From positions 49,711 through 113,710 of the forward strand of contig JBBQFH010000009.1 of NCBI GenBank assembly GCA_038321865.1: DNA of 64,000 nt, in the 5' to 3' direction. The DNA is from Gemmatimonadales bacterium. GTDB lineage: Bacteria > Gemmatimonadota > Gemmatimonadetes > Gemmatimonadales > GWC2-71-9. Positions within the stretch are counted from its first letter, which is position 1. Each line of letters begins with the position of its first letter. Made by a program: the position numbers and the translations under genes. The notes beneath the pieces are model-generated. The model made no database searches. It was not told the DNA's origin and saw only the letters and a list, made by a program, of their open reading frames with translations. This document shows, in pieces, positions 38,437 through 48,390 of the stretch.

Positions 38437-40488
38437 ATGCTCCCTCCCCGACTGTGGCCGCTGGTGTGTACCGCACTCGCTGTCGTCGCGCTTCCGCTTC
38501 GCGCGCAGCAGTGGAATTCGCCCGAGGCGCTCGACCTGGTGCGCCGCGGCACGGGCCGGCGCGCGCTGGCCCAGGCAGACTCGTCCCTCCGAAGCTACCG
38601 GACGCGCGCGCACGGCTTCGTGCTTTTTCTTGCCCAGGTCGGGCAGGAAGGCCTCAATGAGGCGCCGCACCTGGTCAAGGGCGACGAACTCGACGTCGAA
38701 GTGTATTGGAAGGCCCCGAACCGGAGCAAGCAGGTCATCCTCGGCTGGCGGGACGGAAGCTTCCTGCCGAACGAGACGGTCTACCACCGGGACCACCTCG
38801 GCATCGTCACCAACAACTTCGGCGACGTGATCCGGATCGGGGAGGGGGACGAGGTCCGGGACGCGGTGCACCCGCTATCGGCCGCCGGCCTCGGCCTCTA
38901 CGATTTTGCCATCCAGGACTCCCTTAGCATCCAGAGCGGCACCCATCGCGTCACGGTGCGCGCCGTCGCCGTACGGCCCAAGGTATTCAGCCGGCCGCTC
39001 GTCGTCGGCACGCTGTATCTCGATGCGACGACCGCCGAGCTGGTCCGCTTCCGTTTCAGTTTCACCCCGGCGGCCTACATCGATCGCGATCTCGAGGACA
39101 TCAGCATCACGCTGGAGAACGCGCTCTACGATCAGCGCTACTGGCTGCCGTACCGGCAGGAAGTGGAAATTCGCCGCCGGGTGAGCTGGCTCGACTTGCC
39201 GGCGCGCGGCATCATCCGTGGCCGCTGGGAAATCGGCGAGTACGAGCTGAACGCGGACTTTCCCGATTCCGTCCTGGCCGGCCCCCCCATCGCCGGGCTT
39301 CGCCGGGCGAACGATGCGGATTCGACCTGGAAGGGCGCGCTGCTCGATGCGGTGGACTCGGTCGCCGATCCGATCAACCGGCAGGACATGGCCGCTCTCA
39401 GGCTCGAAGTCGAGCGCATCGCCGGCGCCCATCTGCTCAACGGCCTCCCGTCCCGCCGTCTCGCCACCAACTCGCTCAGCGACCTGGTGCACGTGAATCG
39501 GGTGGAGGGGCTCGCGTTCGGCGCAAGCGCGACGCTCGGCATCAGCCGGAGCCGGGTACAGCTGCGCCCCACGCTTGGCATCGCCACCTCGGGCGGGAGA
39601 GTCACCGGCGGATTCGAGATCCGGGTCGGGAGCGGGGCCACGCAGCTCGTCCTGGCCGCCGATCGACGCGTCCGCGACGTGAGCGACCTGAGCGTAGTGT
39701 CGCCGGTGATCAACTCGATCAGCGCCCAGGAATTCGGCAAGGACTACGGTGACTACGTGCTGCTCGATGCCGTCTCGGGCGGCGTCCGGCGCCGGCTGAA
39801 CACGCGGACGGCGCTCAGCGCGAGTGTGGCGTGGGAGCGTCCACGGTCGCTGCCGATCGTCGCCACGCCTGCGACCGGGACCTACCGAGCGAATCCCGCG
39901 TTTGGCGCCGAGCGCTACCGGATCGCGCGGCTGCGGCTCGAGCGTGCCGGCCCCGGACTCGGCGCCCGAACCGGGCTCGGCGGGATGATCTCCGCCGAAG
40001 GGGGCACGGGGCCGACGCGCTATCTGCGGTTCGCCGCCGAGGCGCGGGCCACGGTCGGGCTCGGGCGCAGCCAGCTGGCTGCCCACTTCTACGGGGGCGT
40101 CGGCGGGGATGGAGTTCCGGCCTACCGCAGCTTCGTCCTCGGCGGCCGGGGCACGCTGCTCGGCGAGCCGTACCGCGCCTATGGCGGACGGCGCATGGCG
40201 CTGGCGCAGCTGGAATGGCGGTTCGACGCACCGGCCCCGGCGGTCGCGCTCGGCTCGTACGCATCCACCGGCCATACCATGACGCTCGCGCCGTTCATCG
40301 CGGCCGGCTGGGCCGACCGCACCCCGGCCGGGTTACCCTGGACGGCCACGGGGGGGATCCGGCCGGTCGCCGGGCTCGCGGCCGAACTATTCATGCGGTT
40401 GATCCGGATCGAGGCGGGAGTGGGGCTTCGGAACGGCGATCTGGGGGTGACGGTGGATGTCCACCGGGATTGGTGGGGCATTCTCTGA
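38437..40488 (+). CDS. Exported protein with probable C-terminal outer-membrane beta-barrel
   Basis: Signal peptide ending LRA-Q; amphipathic beta-strands; aromatic C-terminus (WWGIL). Confidence 0.7.
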   Translation: MLPPRLWPLVCTALAVVALPLRAQQWNSPEALDLVRRGTGRRALAQADSSLRSYRTRAHGFVLFLAQVGQEGLNEAPHLVKGDELDVEVYWKAPNRSKQVILGWRDGSFLPNETVYHRDHLGIVTNNFGDVIRIGEGDEVRDAVHPLSAAGLGLYDFAIQDSLSIQSGTHRVTVRAVAVRPKVFSRPLVVGTLYLDATTAELVRFRFSFTPAAYIDRDLEDISITLENALYDQRYWLPYRQEVEIRRRVSWLDLPARGIIRGRWEIGEYELNADFPDSVLAGPPIAGLRRANDADSTWKGALLDAVDSVADPINRQDMAALRLEVERIAGAHLLNGLPSRRLATNSLSDLVHVNRVEGLAFGASATLGISRSRVQLRPTLGIATSGGRVTGGFEIRVGSGATQLVLAADRRVRDVSDLSVVSPVINSISAQEFGKDYGDYVLLDAVSGGVRRRLNTRTALSASVAWERPRSLPIVATPATGTYRANPAFGAERYRIARLRLERAGPGLGARTGLGGMISAEGGTGPTRYLRFAAEARATVGLGRSQLAAHFYGGVGGDGVPAYRSFVLGGRGTLLGEPYRAYGGRRMALAQLEWRFDAPAPAVALGSYASTGHTMTLAPFIAAGWADRTPAGLPWTATGGIRPVAGLAAELFMRLIRIEAGVGLRNGDLGVTVDVHRDWWGIL

Positions 40489-40552
40489 CCGATTATCCTT
40501 AGCGCGACGCATATCCAGCAGCCGCAGCTTTCCCATCATCACGAGTCGCCGC

Positions 40553-42781
40553 ATGCGTTTTACCGACGAGTGGCTGATTCCCACCATCGAGCCGATGCTG
40601 CCACCCGGCACCGTCGCCGCGTTGCAGAAGGACGGCGGCGACAAGCCGGGCTCGGCCTGGGAGGCCCTGGTCGACCGGAAACTGCTGAACGACACCCAGA
40701 TTCTCGAAGCGATCGCGGCGCGCTTTCGCCTGAAAATTGCGACCGACACGGTGCCCGACATCGGCATCCGTGACAACGTGACCGAGCAGGTCGTGCGGCG
40801 GTTCAACGTGCTGCCGCTGCGCATGACCGATTCCTACCTCGAAGTCGCGACCGCCAACCCGTTCGACATCGATGCCGAGAAGGCGCTCGCGTTCGCCACC
40901 GGACGCGAAGTCCGCATGCTGCTGTTGTCGCCCTCCGCCATTCGTGCCGGATTGGAAATGCTCTTCCCCTCCGAGGATGCCGTGAGCAAGCTGCTCGGCG
41001 GGCTCGAGCAGGAGGCGAGCGTTCAGCAGGTGGAGGACGAGGACGAAGCGGCCGCGTCGGCGGAAGAGGCGAGCCACGCGCCCATCATCCGCCTGGTGGA
41101 CATGATGCTCGCCGACGGCATTGCCAGCCGGGCCAGCGACCTCCACATCGAGCCGGTGGAAGGCGGGGTGGTCGTGCGCTACCGGATCGACGGCGTGCTG
41201 CGTCAGGTGATGAAGATTCCGAAGAGCGCGGGCGTGCCGCTGATCTCCCGCATCAAGATCATGTCCGGGCTGGACATCGCGGATCGCCGCCGGCCGCAGG
41301 ACGGCCGGGCGCGTGTGACCGTCAACGGCTCCCCGGTGGACCTTCGGGTCTCGACCCTTCCGGCCTCGGGCGGCGAGAAGGTCGTCATTCGCGTGCTCAA
41401 CGCCAAGGCGACGGTGCTGACGCTCGAGTCGCTCGGCATGTCGCCGGACGAGCGCGAGATGATCCAGTCGCTGCTGAACAACAAGGAGGGGATCATCCTC
41501 GTCACCGGGCCCACCGGCTCCGGGAAGACGACGACGCTGTACTCCGCGCTGCGGATGGTGCAGAACGAGGGCGTCAACATCGTCACGGTCGAGGACCCGG
41601 TCGAGTACCGCCTGGGCGAGAACATCGTGCAGGTGCAGGTGCAGGAGAAGGCCGGTTTGACCTTCGCGGCCGCGCTGCGCTCGATCCTGCGGCAGGACCC
41701 GGATGTGGTGCTGGTCGGTGAGATCCGTGACACGGAGACGGCGCAGATCGCCGTCCAGGCCTCGCTCACCGGCCACCTCGTGCTCTCCACGCTCCACACC
41801 AACGACGCGGCCAACGCGGTGACGCGGCTCGTGGACATGGGGACCGAGGCCTACAAGCTCGCGTCCGCGCTTCGCGGGGTCATTGCGCAGCGGCTGATGC
41901 GCCGCCTGTGCACCAACTGCTCGGAGCCGTCGACCGACGAGCCGACGCGGCGCCTTCGGCGCTTCATCCCGCCGGGCATCCAGCTGCGGCGCGCGGTCGG
42001 ATGCGCGGAATGCGCGATGACCGGCTATCGCGGCCGCTTCAGCATTGTCCAGGTGCTCACGATGAACGCCGAGCTCGAGCGTCAGATCGGCGCCGGCGCC
42101 ACAGCCGACAAGATCGCGGAGGCCGCGAAAGCGAATGGGATGCAGTCGCTGTGGCAGAGTGGGCTTCGCCACGTCCTCGCGGGCGAATCCACGATCGAGG
42201 AGCTGCTGCGCGTCACCGACATGCCGGTGGAGGTTGTGGCCCCGCCACCCGCGTCGGATGCGGCGCCGTCTCCGACGCGCCCGCTCGATCCCCCCTCGCG
42301 CGGCTATGGCCGTCCCAACAGCATCGAGGCGGATCTTGGCATCGGCTTCGAACTGATCGACGAGCCGGGGACGGCGGATGGGGCGCCGGTCGAGCCGAAA
42401 GCCCATGGCGCCAAGGTCCTGCTCGTGGAAGACGAGGATCAGCTGCGCCGCGTGATGCGCGACCTTCTCGAGCGCGAGGGATACGTGGTCTCGGAAGCCC
42501 GCGATGGCATCCAGGCGCTCGACCAGGTGGACCGCCACGCGCCCGACGTCATCATGCTCGACCTCAATCTCCCCGGTCTCGACGGTTACGGTGTCCTGCA
42601 GCAGCTGCGTTCCCGGCCGGCCACGGCACGCATCCCGGTCATCGTGCTGACCGCCAAGGGGGACGAGGACAACGAGGTGCGGGTGTTCGAGCTGGGCGCC
42701 GACGACTTCCTGACCAAACCGTTCCGCGCTCGCGCCCTCTCGGCCAGGCTCCAGGCGGTCCTCACGCGCCGCCGCGGCTGA
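40553..42781 (+). CDS. GspE/PilB-family secretion ATPase fused to C-terminal receiver domain
   Basis: ASDLHIEP, PQDGR, GPTGSGKTTT, EDPVE, LRQDPD, GEIRD, TLHTN, two CxxC; REC LLVED/LDLNLP/KPF. Confidence 0.92.
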   Translation: MRFTDEWLIPTIEPMLPPGTVAALQKDGGDKPGSAWEALVDRKLLNDTQILEAIAARFRLKIATDTVPDIGIRDNVTEQVVRRFNVLPLRMTDSYLEVATANPFDIDAEKALAFATGREVRMLLLSPSAIRAGLEMLFPSEDAVSKLLGGLEQEASVQQVEDEDEAAASAEEASHAPIIRLVDMMLADGIASRASDLHIEPVEGGVVVRYRIDGVLRQVMKIPKSAGVPLISRIKIMSGLDIADRRRPQDGRARVTVNGSPVDLRVSTLPASGGEKVVIRVLNAKATVLTLESLGMSPDEREMIQSLLNNKEGIILVTGPTGSGKTTTLYSALRMVQNEGVNIVTVEDPVEYRLGENIVQVQVQEKAGLTFAAALRSILRQDPDVVLVGEIRDTETAQIAVQASLTGHLVLSTLHTNDAANAVTRLVDMGTEAYKLASALRGVIAQRLMRRLCTNCSEPSTDEPTRRLRRFIPPGIQLRRAVGCAECAMTGYRGRFSIVQVLTMNAELERQIGAGATADKIAEAAKANGMQSLWQSGLRHVLAGESTIEELLRVTDMPVEVVAPPPASDAAPSPTRPLDPPSRGYGRPNSIEADLGIGFELIDEPGTADGAPVEPKAHGAKVLLVEDEDQLRRVMRDLLEREGYVVSEARDGIQALDQVDRHAPDVIMLDLNLPGLDGYGVLQQLRSRPATARIPVIVLTAKGDEDNEVRVFELGADDFLTKPFRARALSARLQAVLTRRRG

Positions 42782-42800
42782 GGCCGGCCGGCCGATCGCC

Positions 42801-43268
42801 ATGACGTCGGTTCGCGTCTCCCTGGTGGACCTCTACGTGCTGCGGGGCAGCGGGCCGGCGCTCGAGTGTCTGGTGCTACGGCGGGCGCCCGGTGGCCGCT
42901 GCCCCGGGTCCTGGGAGGCGGTCCACGGGCACATCGAGGACGGCGAGCGGCCGGACGAGGCCGCCGTCCGTGAAATGCACGAGGAGACCGGGCTCAGGCC
43001 GGACGCGCTGTACAATCTGAGCCGAGTCGAGTCGTTCTATCAGCATCGGCTGGACGAGGTCGCGCTGGTGCCGATCTTCGCGGCGCTGGTCGGGGGCGGC
43101 GCGGCGGTCAGGATCGGACCGGAACACGATGCCTTCGAGTGGCTGCCGATCGCCGCGGCGTGCGGCCGCCTCGCGTGGCCGCGGGAGCGGCGCGCACTCG
43201 ACGATATCGAAGGATTGATCGGCAGCGGCAATGCAGGCCTTCTGGAGGACGTGCTTCGCGTATGCTAG
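42801..43268 (+). CDS. NUDIX hydrolase (NudB-like)
   Basis: Nudix box GHIEDGERPDEAAVREMHEETGL; EHDAFEW. Confidence 0.88.
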   Translation: MTSVRVSLVDLYVLRGSGPALECLVLRRAPGGRCPGSWEAVHGHIEDGERPDEAAVREMHEETGLRPDALYNLSRVESFYQHRLDEVALVPIFAALVGGGAAVRIGPEHDAFEWLPIAAACGRLAWPRERRALDDIEGLIGSGNAGLLEDVLRVC

Positions 43269-43305
43269 ACGGCCGCGGCATCGACTGCCTGAGCGAGATG
43301 CGTTC

Positions 43306-44733
43306 TTGAGGCTCCTTCCGGCGGCCGCGGCTGTCCTGGCGCTGGCTGGTGCAGGTCCCACCGCCCCTCCGTGCATCCATCTCACCCGGGCCGGCCTCCA
43401 GGTGCAGGGCGACGTACGGATCTGTCCCGGGCGCTACTGGCTCACCGATCGGTCCGAACGCGGCGTGATCATCGCGGCCACCTCGAACACCCGCATCGAC
43501 ATGACCGGCGTCGTCCTCCAGAGTGGCGACAGCCTCCCCGCTGCCTTTACGGGCATCGGAATCGCGAGCGACGGGGTGAACGGCGTCACCGTCACGGGCG
43601 GCGTCATCCGCGGCTACCGCTACGGAATCCATCTGCAGGGCGGACGCGGGCACCGGGTGCGGGACGTGGACGTGTCGGGGTCGCGGGCCCAGCGCCTGCT
43701 CTCCACCCCGGAAGCGTACCGCGAGGGTGACTGGCTCGACATCTTCCGGCCGGACACCTTCGAGCAGTACGGCGCGGGCGTCTATCTCAAGAACACCGAG
43801 GACGCGTCCGTCACCGGTGTGACGGCGCGGGGGGCGCAGAACGGCATCGGGCTCTTCGCGGTCCGGCGCGCCTACATCGCCGACAACGACGTGTCAGGCA
43901 ACAGCGGCTGGGGGATCCATCTCTGGCGGTCGGCGCACAACACGATCACCCGCAACAAGGCCGACCACAACGTCCGCTGCGAAGGGACGATCTACCGCCA
44001 TGGCTGTGACTCGGCCGCGCTGCTGCTTCGCCAGGAAAGCGATTCCAACACCATCAGCGAAAACGACCTCTCCCATTCGGGCGACGGCTTCTTTCTCAGC
44101 GGCCACCGGCCGTTGCTGCACCCGTCGGTCGGGAACCTGGTGCTCCGGAACAATGCGACCGGGGCCTACCACAACGCCTTCGAGTCGACGTTCAGCTGGG
44201 GCAACCAGTTCCTCGACAATCAGGCCGACAGCTCAGGGTTCGGCTTCTGGCTTGGTTACTCGAGCGGGAACGTCGTCCGGGGCAATACCATCCTCGGCAC
44301 TCGCTCCGCCGGCATCGCGATCGAACACGGAAGTGACAACACGATCGCCGCCAACGTGATCATCGGCGGAAACACCGGCATCTGGCTCTTCGCGCCTGGG
44401 GACAGCGCCGAGCCGAGCCGCGGCTACCACGTGGACGACAACGTGCTCGCGGCGCTGGAGCGCGGCATCATTCTGGAGCGCACGACGCAGGCGCGGCTCC
44501 GCGGCAATCTGTTCGATGGCGTGGGCGACGGGCTGGTGGTGGACGGAGAAGGGCGGGGGGCGGAAGTGATCGGGAACATCTTCCTGCGCGCTTCCCGGTC
44601 CTTCGTTCAGGCCGCCGACCTGATGGCCGGCGGAAACTACTGGGGCGCGCCCGACATGGAGCGCACGCTGCCCAAGGTGAAGGGCCGGGTCACGATTCTC
44701 CCGTGGTGGCCGGCGAGCGCGGCCGGCTACTGA
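43306..44733 (+). CDS. Exported right-handed parallel beta-helix (NosD/PbH1-repeat) protein; start uncertain (TTG 43306)
   Basis: Signal-like N-terminus; repeated GIxL..S..N.I..N units; GGNYWG. Confidence 0.8.
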   Translation: MRLLPAAAAVLALAGAGPTAPPCIHLTRAGLQVQGDVRICPGRYWLTDRSERGVIIAATSNTRIDMTGVVLQSGDSLPAAFTGIGIASDGVNGVTVTGGVIRGYRYGIHLQGGRGHRVRDVDVSGSRAQRLLSTPEAYREGDWLDIFRPDTFEQYGAGVYLKNTEDASVTGVTARGAQNGIGLFAVRRAYIADNDVSGNSGWGIHLWRSAHNTITRNKADHNVRCEGTIYRHGCDSAALLLRQESDSNTISENDLSHSGDGFFLSGHRPLLHPSVGNLVLRNNATGAYHNAFESTFSWGNQFLDNQADSSGFGFWLGYSSGNVVRGNTILGTRSAGIAIEHGSDNTIAANVIIGGNTGIWLFAPGDSAEPSRGYHVDDNVLAALERGIILERTTQARLRGNLFDGVGDGLVVDGEGRGAEVIGNIFLRASRSFVQAADLMAGGNYWGAPDMERTLPKVKGRVTILPWWPASAAGY

Positions 44734-46801
44734 ACACGTCGTCGGCGACGCCGCGCAGCTCGCGCAGGTTGAACGGCTTGGCGAGGTAGCGCGGGACGCC
44801 GGAATCGGTGCGCCCGCTCCCTCCCGCGATCGCGAGCCGGGTTGCCCAGTCGGGGTGTTCCGCCAGGAGCGCTTCGGCGAACGAGGTGCCGCGTGCCGTT
44901 GCCCGGGCATCGGCGACGATCAGGTCATATTCGCACGTCCGCGCCCGCTCGAGCGCGGCCTCTCCGCTGCGGAGCGCATCCACCACATGGCCGTCCGCGG
45001 CAAACAGCGCGCTCACCACGCGGTGCACCGCAGTGTCGTCGTCCACCACCAGGATGCGGCGCTCGACGGCGGCGGGGCGCGGGTCAGCCGTGGCCGGCAC
45101 CCAGGGTAACGCGATCGTGAACTGCGCGCCGCCGTCGGCCGCGGGTGAGTAGCTCAGCCGCCCACCGTGTGACTCGATCAGGCCGTAACTCAGCGAGAGG
45201 CCCAGGCCGGTGCCGAGTCCGGGTTCCTTGGTGGTGAAGAAGGGCGTGAACAGGTAGGTGACCAGGGTGTCGGGGACGCCGGGTCCGGAGTCGGTGACGC
45301 GCAGAATGGCCTGCTCGCCGGCGCGCGCCGACTCGATCCGGATGCGGCGCGGCTTCGGCTCGGGGAGTTGGGCCACGGCCTGCACTGCGTTGGTGATCAG
45401 GTTGAGGAGCACCTGCTGCAGCTCGTAGCGATCGCCGATCACGGAGAGGGGCTGACGCGACAGCGCCGTCTCCAGCTCGATCCCTCGCAATTTGATCTCG
45501 TAGGCAATGAGCAGCGAGGTGCGGGCGACGACGTCGTTGAGGTCCACGACGGCCTTGTCGGGCGTTCCCTTCCGCGCGAACGTCAGCAGGTTCTGCACGA
45601 TGCGTCCCGCCCGCTCGGCCTGATCGTGTATCACGCGCAGGTGCTCGCGGGGAAAGTCCGGCAGGGGCCCACGCTCCAGCAGCAGCTCGGTCAGGCCGGC
45701 GATCGAGGTGAGCGGGTTGTTCAGCTCGTGCGCCACGCCCGACACCAGCTGGCCGATCGTCGCCATCTTCTCGTTGTGGATCAGCTGGGCCTCCATCGCC
45801 TGCTGCTCGGTGACGTCCTCGACCAGCGCGACGACGGAGCCCCGGCCCGCCAGGTCGCCCAGGGGCGCGGCCGTCAGGCGGAAGGCCCGCTGCAGCGAAT
45901 CCGATCGTGCGACGAGCGGGGCCGGCCGATCGCCCACCCGCGCGGCCTGGATCGCCGCCAGCACCACTTCGGTCGGCTCGAACAGCGTCCGCGCGAAGTG
46001 CCGGCCCACCAGCTCGGACTCGTTCATCCCCGCCATGCGCGCCAGCGACGAATTGGCGCGGAGAATCACGCCCGATGGGCCCACCACGGCGATCCCCTCG
46101 GTGAGCGCGTTGAACGCCGTTTCCCATTCCTCGGTACTGCGCTGCACCATCTCGAACAGGCGGCCGTTGGCGAGGACGACGGACGCGTTGGTGGCAACGG
46201 TGGACAGGAGCCACAGGTCCTCGGTGGTGAACGGCCCCCCCCGGCGCCCGGCGACGGCGAGCGCCCCGATGCGGTCGCCATGCGAACGAAGCGGGGCGAC
46301 GGCTGCCGTCGGAACCATCATGCTTCCGATCAGCCGCGTCGGCGGGGCGTCGAGCTGGGTGACGCGGATGCGCCCATCCTCGATCGCACTCCGCAGCACG
46401 GTGTCCTCGGCGTCATCCTCCTCGACATCCTCCAGCCCGGCCAGACTCTCCAGCGAACCCACCGCGGCCGCGATCCTGAGCGTGCGGCCGCCGTCCTCTG
46501 AGAGGACCACGATGGCGCCATCGGCCTGGAGAAAGCGGGCGGCGAACCTCGCGACCTGCTCGACGATACGCTCCAGCTCCAGCGAGCCGGAAAGGATGTA
46601 CCCCAGCTCCTGGAGGGAAAAAAGCTCGCTGATGCGGCGATCGAGCTGCGAGGCCGCCTCATCGTGCCGGCGCTCGGCGTCCGCGACGCGGCGCCGCCAG
46701 GCGGTCAGGGAGAACCACACCGCAACGCCAAGCAGGCCGACTCCGACCGCCGTCACCCACCAGGGCGCGGCGCCGACTATGGCCGCGGCGAAGAGGAACA
46801 C
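44690..46801 (-). CDS. Hybrid sensor histidine kinase (TM-GAF-PAS-HisKA-HATPase-REC); start may extend to 46870
   Basis: AHELNNPL, QVLLNLITNA, DSGPG, PFFTTK, GTGLGL; C-terminal ILVVDDD...KPF. Confidence 0.92.
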   Translation of the reverse strand: MFLFAAAIVGAAPWWVTAVGVGLLGVAVWFSLTAWRRRVADAERRHDEAASQLDRRISELFSLQELGYILSGSLELERIVEQVARFAARFLQADGAIVVLSEDGGRTLRIAAAVGSLESLAGLEDVEEDDAEDTVLRSAIEDGRIRVTQLDAPPTRLIGSMMVPTAAVAPLRSHGDRIGALAVAGRRGGPFTTEDLWLLSTVATNASVVLANGRLFEMVQRSTEEWETAFNALTEGIAVVGPSGVILRANSSLARMAGMNESELVGRHFARTLFEPTEVVLAAIQAARVGDRPAPLVARSDSLQRAFRLTAAPLGDLAGRGSVVALVEDVTEQQAMEAQLIHNEKMATIGQLVSGVAHELNNPLTSIAGLTELLLERGPLPDFPREHLRVIHDQAERAGRIVQNLLTFARKGTPDKAVVDLNDVVARTSLLIAYEIKLRGIELETALSRQPLSVIGDRYELQQVLLNLITNAVQAVAQLPEPKPRRIRIESARAGEQAILRVTDSGPGVPDTLVTYLFTPFFTTKEPGLGTGLGLSLSYGLIESHGGRLSYSPAADGGAQFTIALPWVPATADPRPAAVERRILVVDDDTAVHRVVSALFAADGHVVDALRSGEAALERARTCEYDLIVADARATARGTSFAEALLAEHPDWATRLAIAGGSGRTDSGVPRYLAKPFNLRELRGVADDVFSSRPRSPATTGES

Positions 46802-46866
46802 CGCCGTGAGGGCGGCGCCGCCGAGCTGCAGCGTGGCGGGCGAGAGCGCCGCCAGGCGGAATGACT

Positions 46867-47724
46867 TCAGCTGCCGGCCCCCTCGTCGCGGGCGTCCCGT
46901 CTGGCGGTGCGCTCGGACACGTAGGCTTCCGGCGGCGCGTTCGGCTTCACCCGGATGGACTTGGCCGGGATGCCGACGTTCACGTGGAAGGGGCGGACGT
47001 CCTTGGTGGCCACGGCACAGGCGCCGACCATGCCGCTCCGACCCACCCGTACGCCCGCAAGCACCGTGGCGTGATAGGTGATGCGGACGTCATCCTCCAG
47101 CACCGTCGACGCATTGGTCACCTCTTTCTGGTCCACGCTGCTGTGCGTGTGGCTGTAGATGTTCGCGTAGTCGGAGATGCTCACCCGGTTGCCCAGCCGG
47201 ATCCCGCCGCGGTCGTCCAGCAGGACGTTCCGGTGCACCACGATGTCGTCACCGACGTCCATGTTGTACCCGAAGGAAAACTCCACGTGCTGGAAGCATT
47301 TAAAGTTCCGGCCGCAGCGCGCGAAGATGTGCGGGGCCAGCAGCCGGCGGAAGCGGACCGCGACGTCGACGTTGGTGCCGCCGAGCGTGCTCCGGTCGAA
47401 GTTGTACCAGAGCCAGAGCAGCGGCTTCACGCGCGCGAATCGCGCCTGGTCCACGTCGCTGTAGTACTCCGGCTCGAGCGTGACGTTTCGGGGGTCGAGC
47501 GCGAGGAGCGCCGCGCGCGCACCGAGCGACAGCGCTGGATCGGCGACACGCTCGTCGAAGTCGGTGACGTCGGGCCGATGAAGCGCGACGAGGACGTCCC
47601 GGGACAGGCGGTACCAGTCGGCATCCGGCTCGGCCAGGCGGCCTTCGATGTCGGCCAGCCAGGAGTCGTAGGTGGTGCGGGCGGCGTCGGGAAGCGCGAC
47701 GCCCCGGAGCGGCAGGTAGGTCAT
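46867..47724 (-). CDS. Hexapeptide-repeat (LbH) acyltransferase
   Basis: IRLGNRVSISDYANIYSHTH, VLAGVRVG, VGACAVATKDV, GIPAK. Confidence 0.87.
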   Translation of the reverse strand: MTYLPLRGVALPDAARTTYDSWLADIEGRLAEPDADWYRLSRDVLVALHRPDVTDFDERVADPALSLGARAALLALDPRNVTLEPEYYSDVDQARFARVKPLLWLWYNFDRSTLGGTNVDVAVRFRRLLAPHIFARCGRNFKCFQHVEFSFGYNMDVGDDIVVHRNVLLDDRGGIRLGNRVSISDYANIYSHTHSSVDQKEVTNASTVLEDDVRITYHATVLAGVRVGRSGMVGACAVATKDVRPFHVNVGIPAKSIRVKPNAPPEAYVSERTARRDARDEGAGS

Positions 47725-47760
47725 GAATCCTCCGGAGGCCCCCTCGCGGGATGGTGAAAG

Positions 47761-48390
47761 TTAGCGGTTGCTGCGCGCGCTGACCCGGGCGCGCTCCCGC
47801 TCGAGGAGTGGCAGCTTGCCCTGCCAGTCGTCGCTGGTGAGCGCGTCGTAATTCAGCGTGAAGGACTCGTCCACCGGAATCTGCTCCTCATACAGGAAAA
47901 TGGCCGTCGCCTGGCCGCGGACCGGCAGCTGCTGCGAGGAGAAGCCGGGGGTGAGCGGCACGACGCCGACCGGCCGGAGGAACCGGCCCCGGCTCACGAC
48001 CGTGAGGATCTGGGGATCGAACCGGGCACCCTCGCGCTGGGACTAGAAGGTGACGAGCGCGAGCCCGGGCTCGCTCAGGCCGTTGATCCGGGCCAGCGAG
48101 TCGATCGAGGTTTGCCGCGCGGCGCGGAGTCCGTGCAGCGACTGATAGGCATCCGGCGCCAGCAGGCGCGCGACCCGCTCGTTGAGCGGCACGAAGCGGA
48201 TCTCGAGCTCGTCGTTGCGGAGCCGGAGCGAGAGATCGCTCTGGCTCAGTGTGCCGAAGCTGCGCGACGAGTCGACTGCCTGGCGCCGGGCCGCGCTGTC
48301 GGCCGGCGGCACGCCGGCAGGTTGCTGGGCCCGGACGTGCGGCGCGCACGCGCCGGTGCAGGCCAGCAGCGCAAACGTCATCCGTCTCAT
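47761..48390 (-). pseudogene. Putative lipoprotein gene interrupted by an in-frame TAG (48043-48045)
   Basis: ORFs 48043..48390 and 47761..47997 are in one frame: ...ALVTF*SQREGARFDPQILT... Confidence 0.7.

Noticed and set aside
40499..42802. Long antisense ORFs (here and opposite prfC, glmM, tig, ubiD and others)
   Set aside because: Shadow frames expected in high-GC DNA; no recognisable motifs
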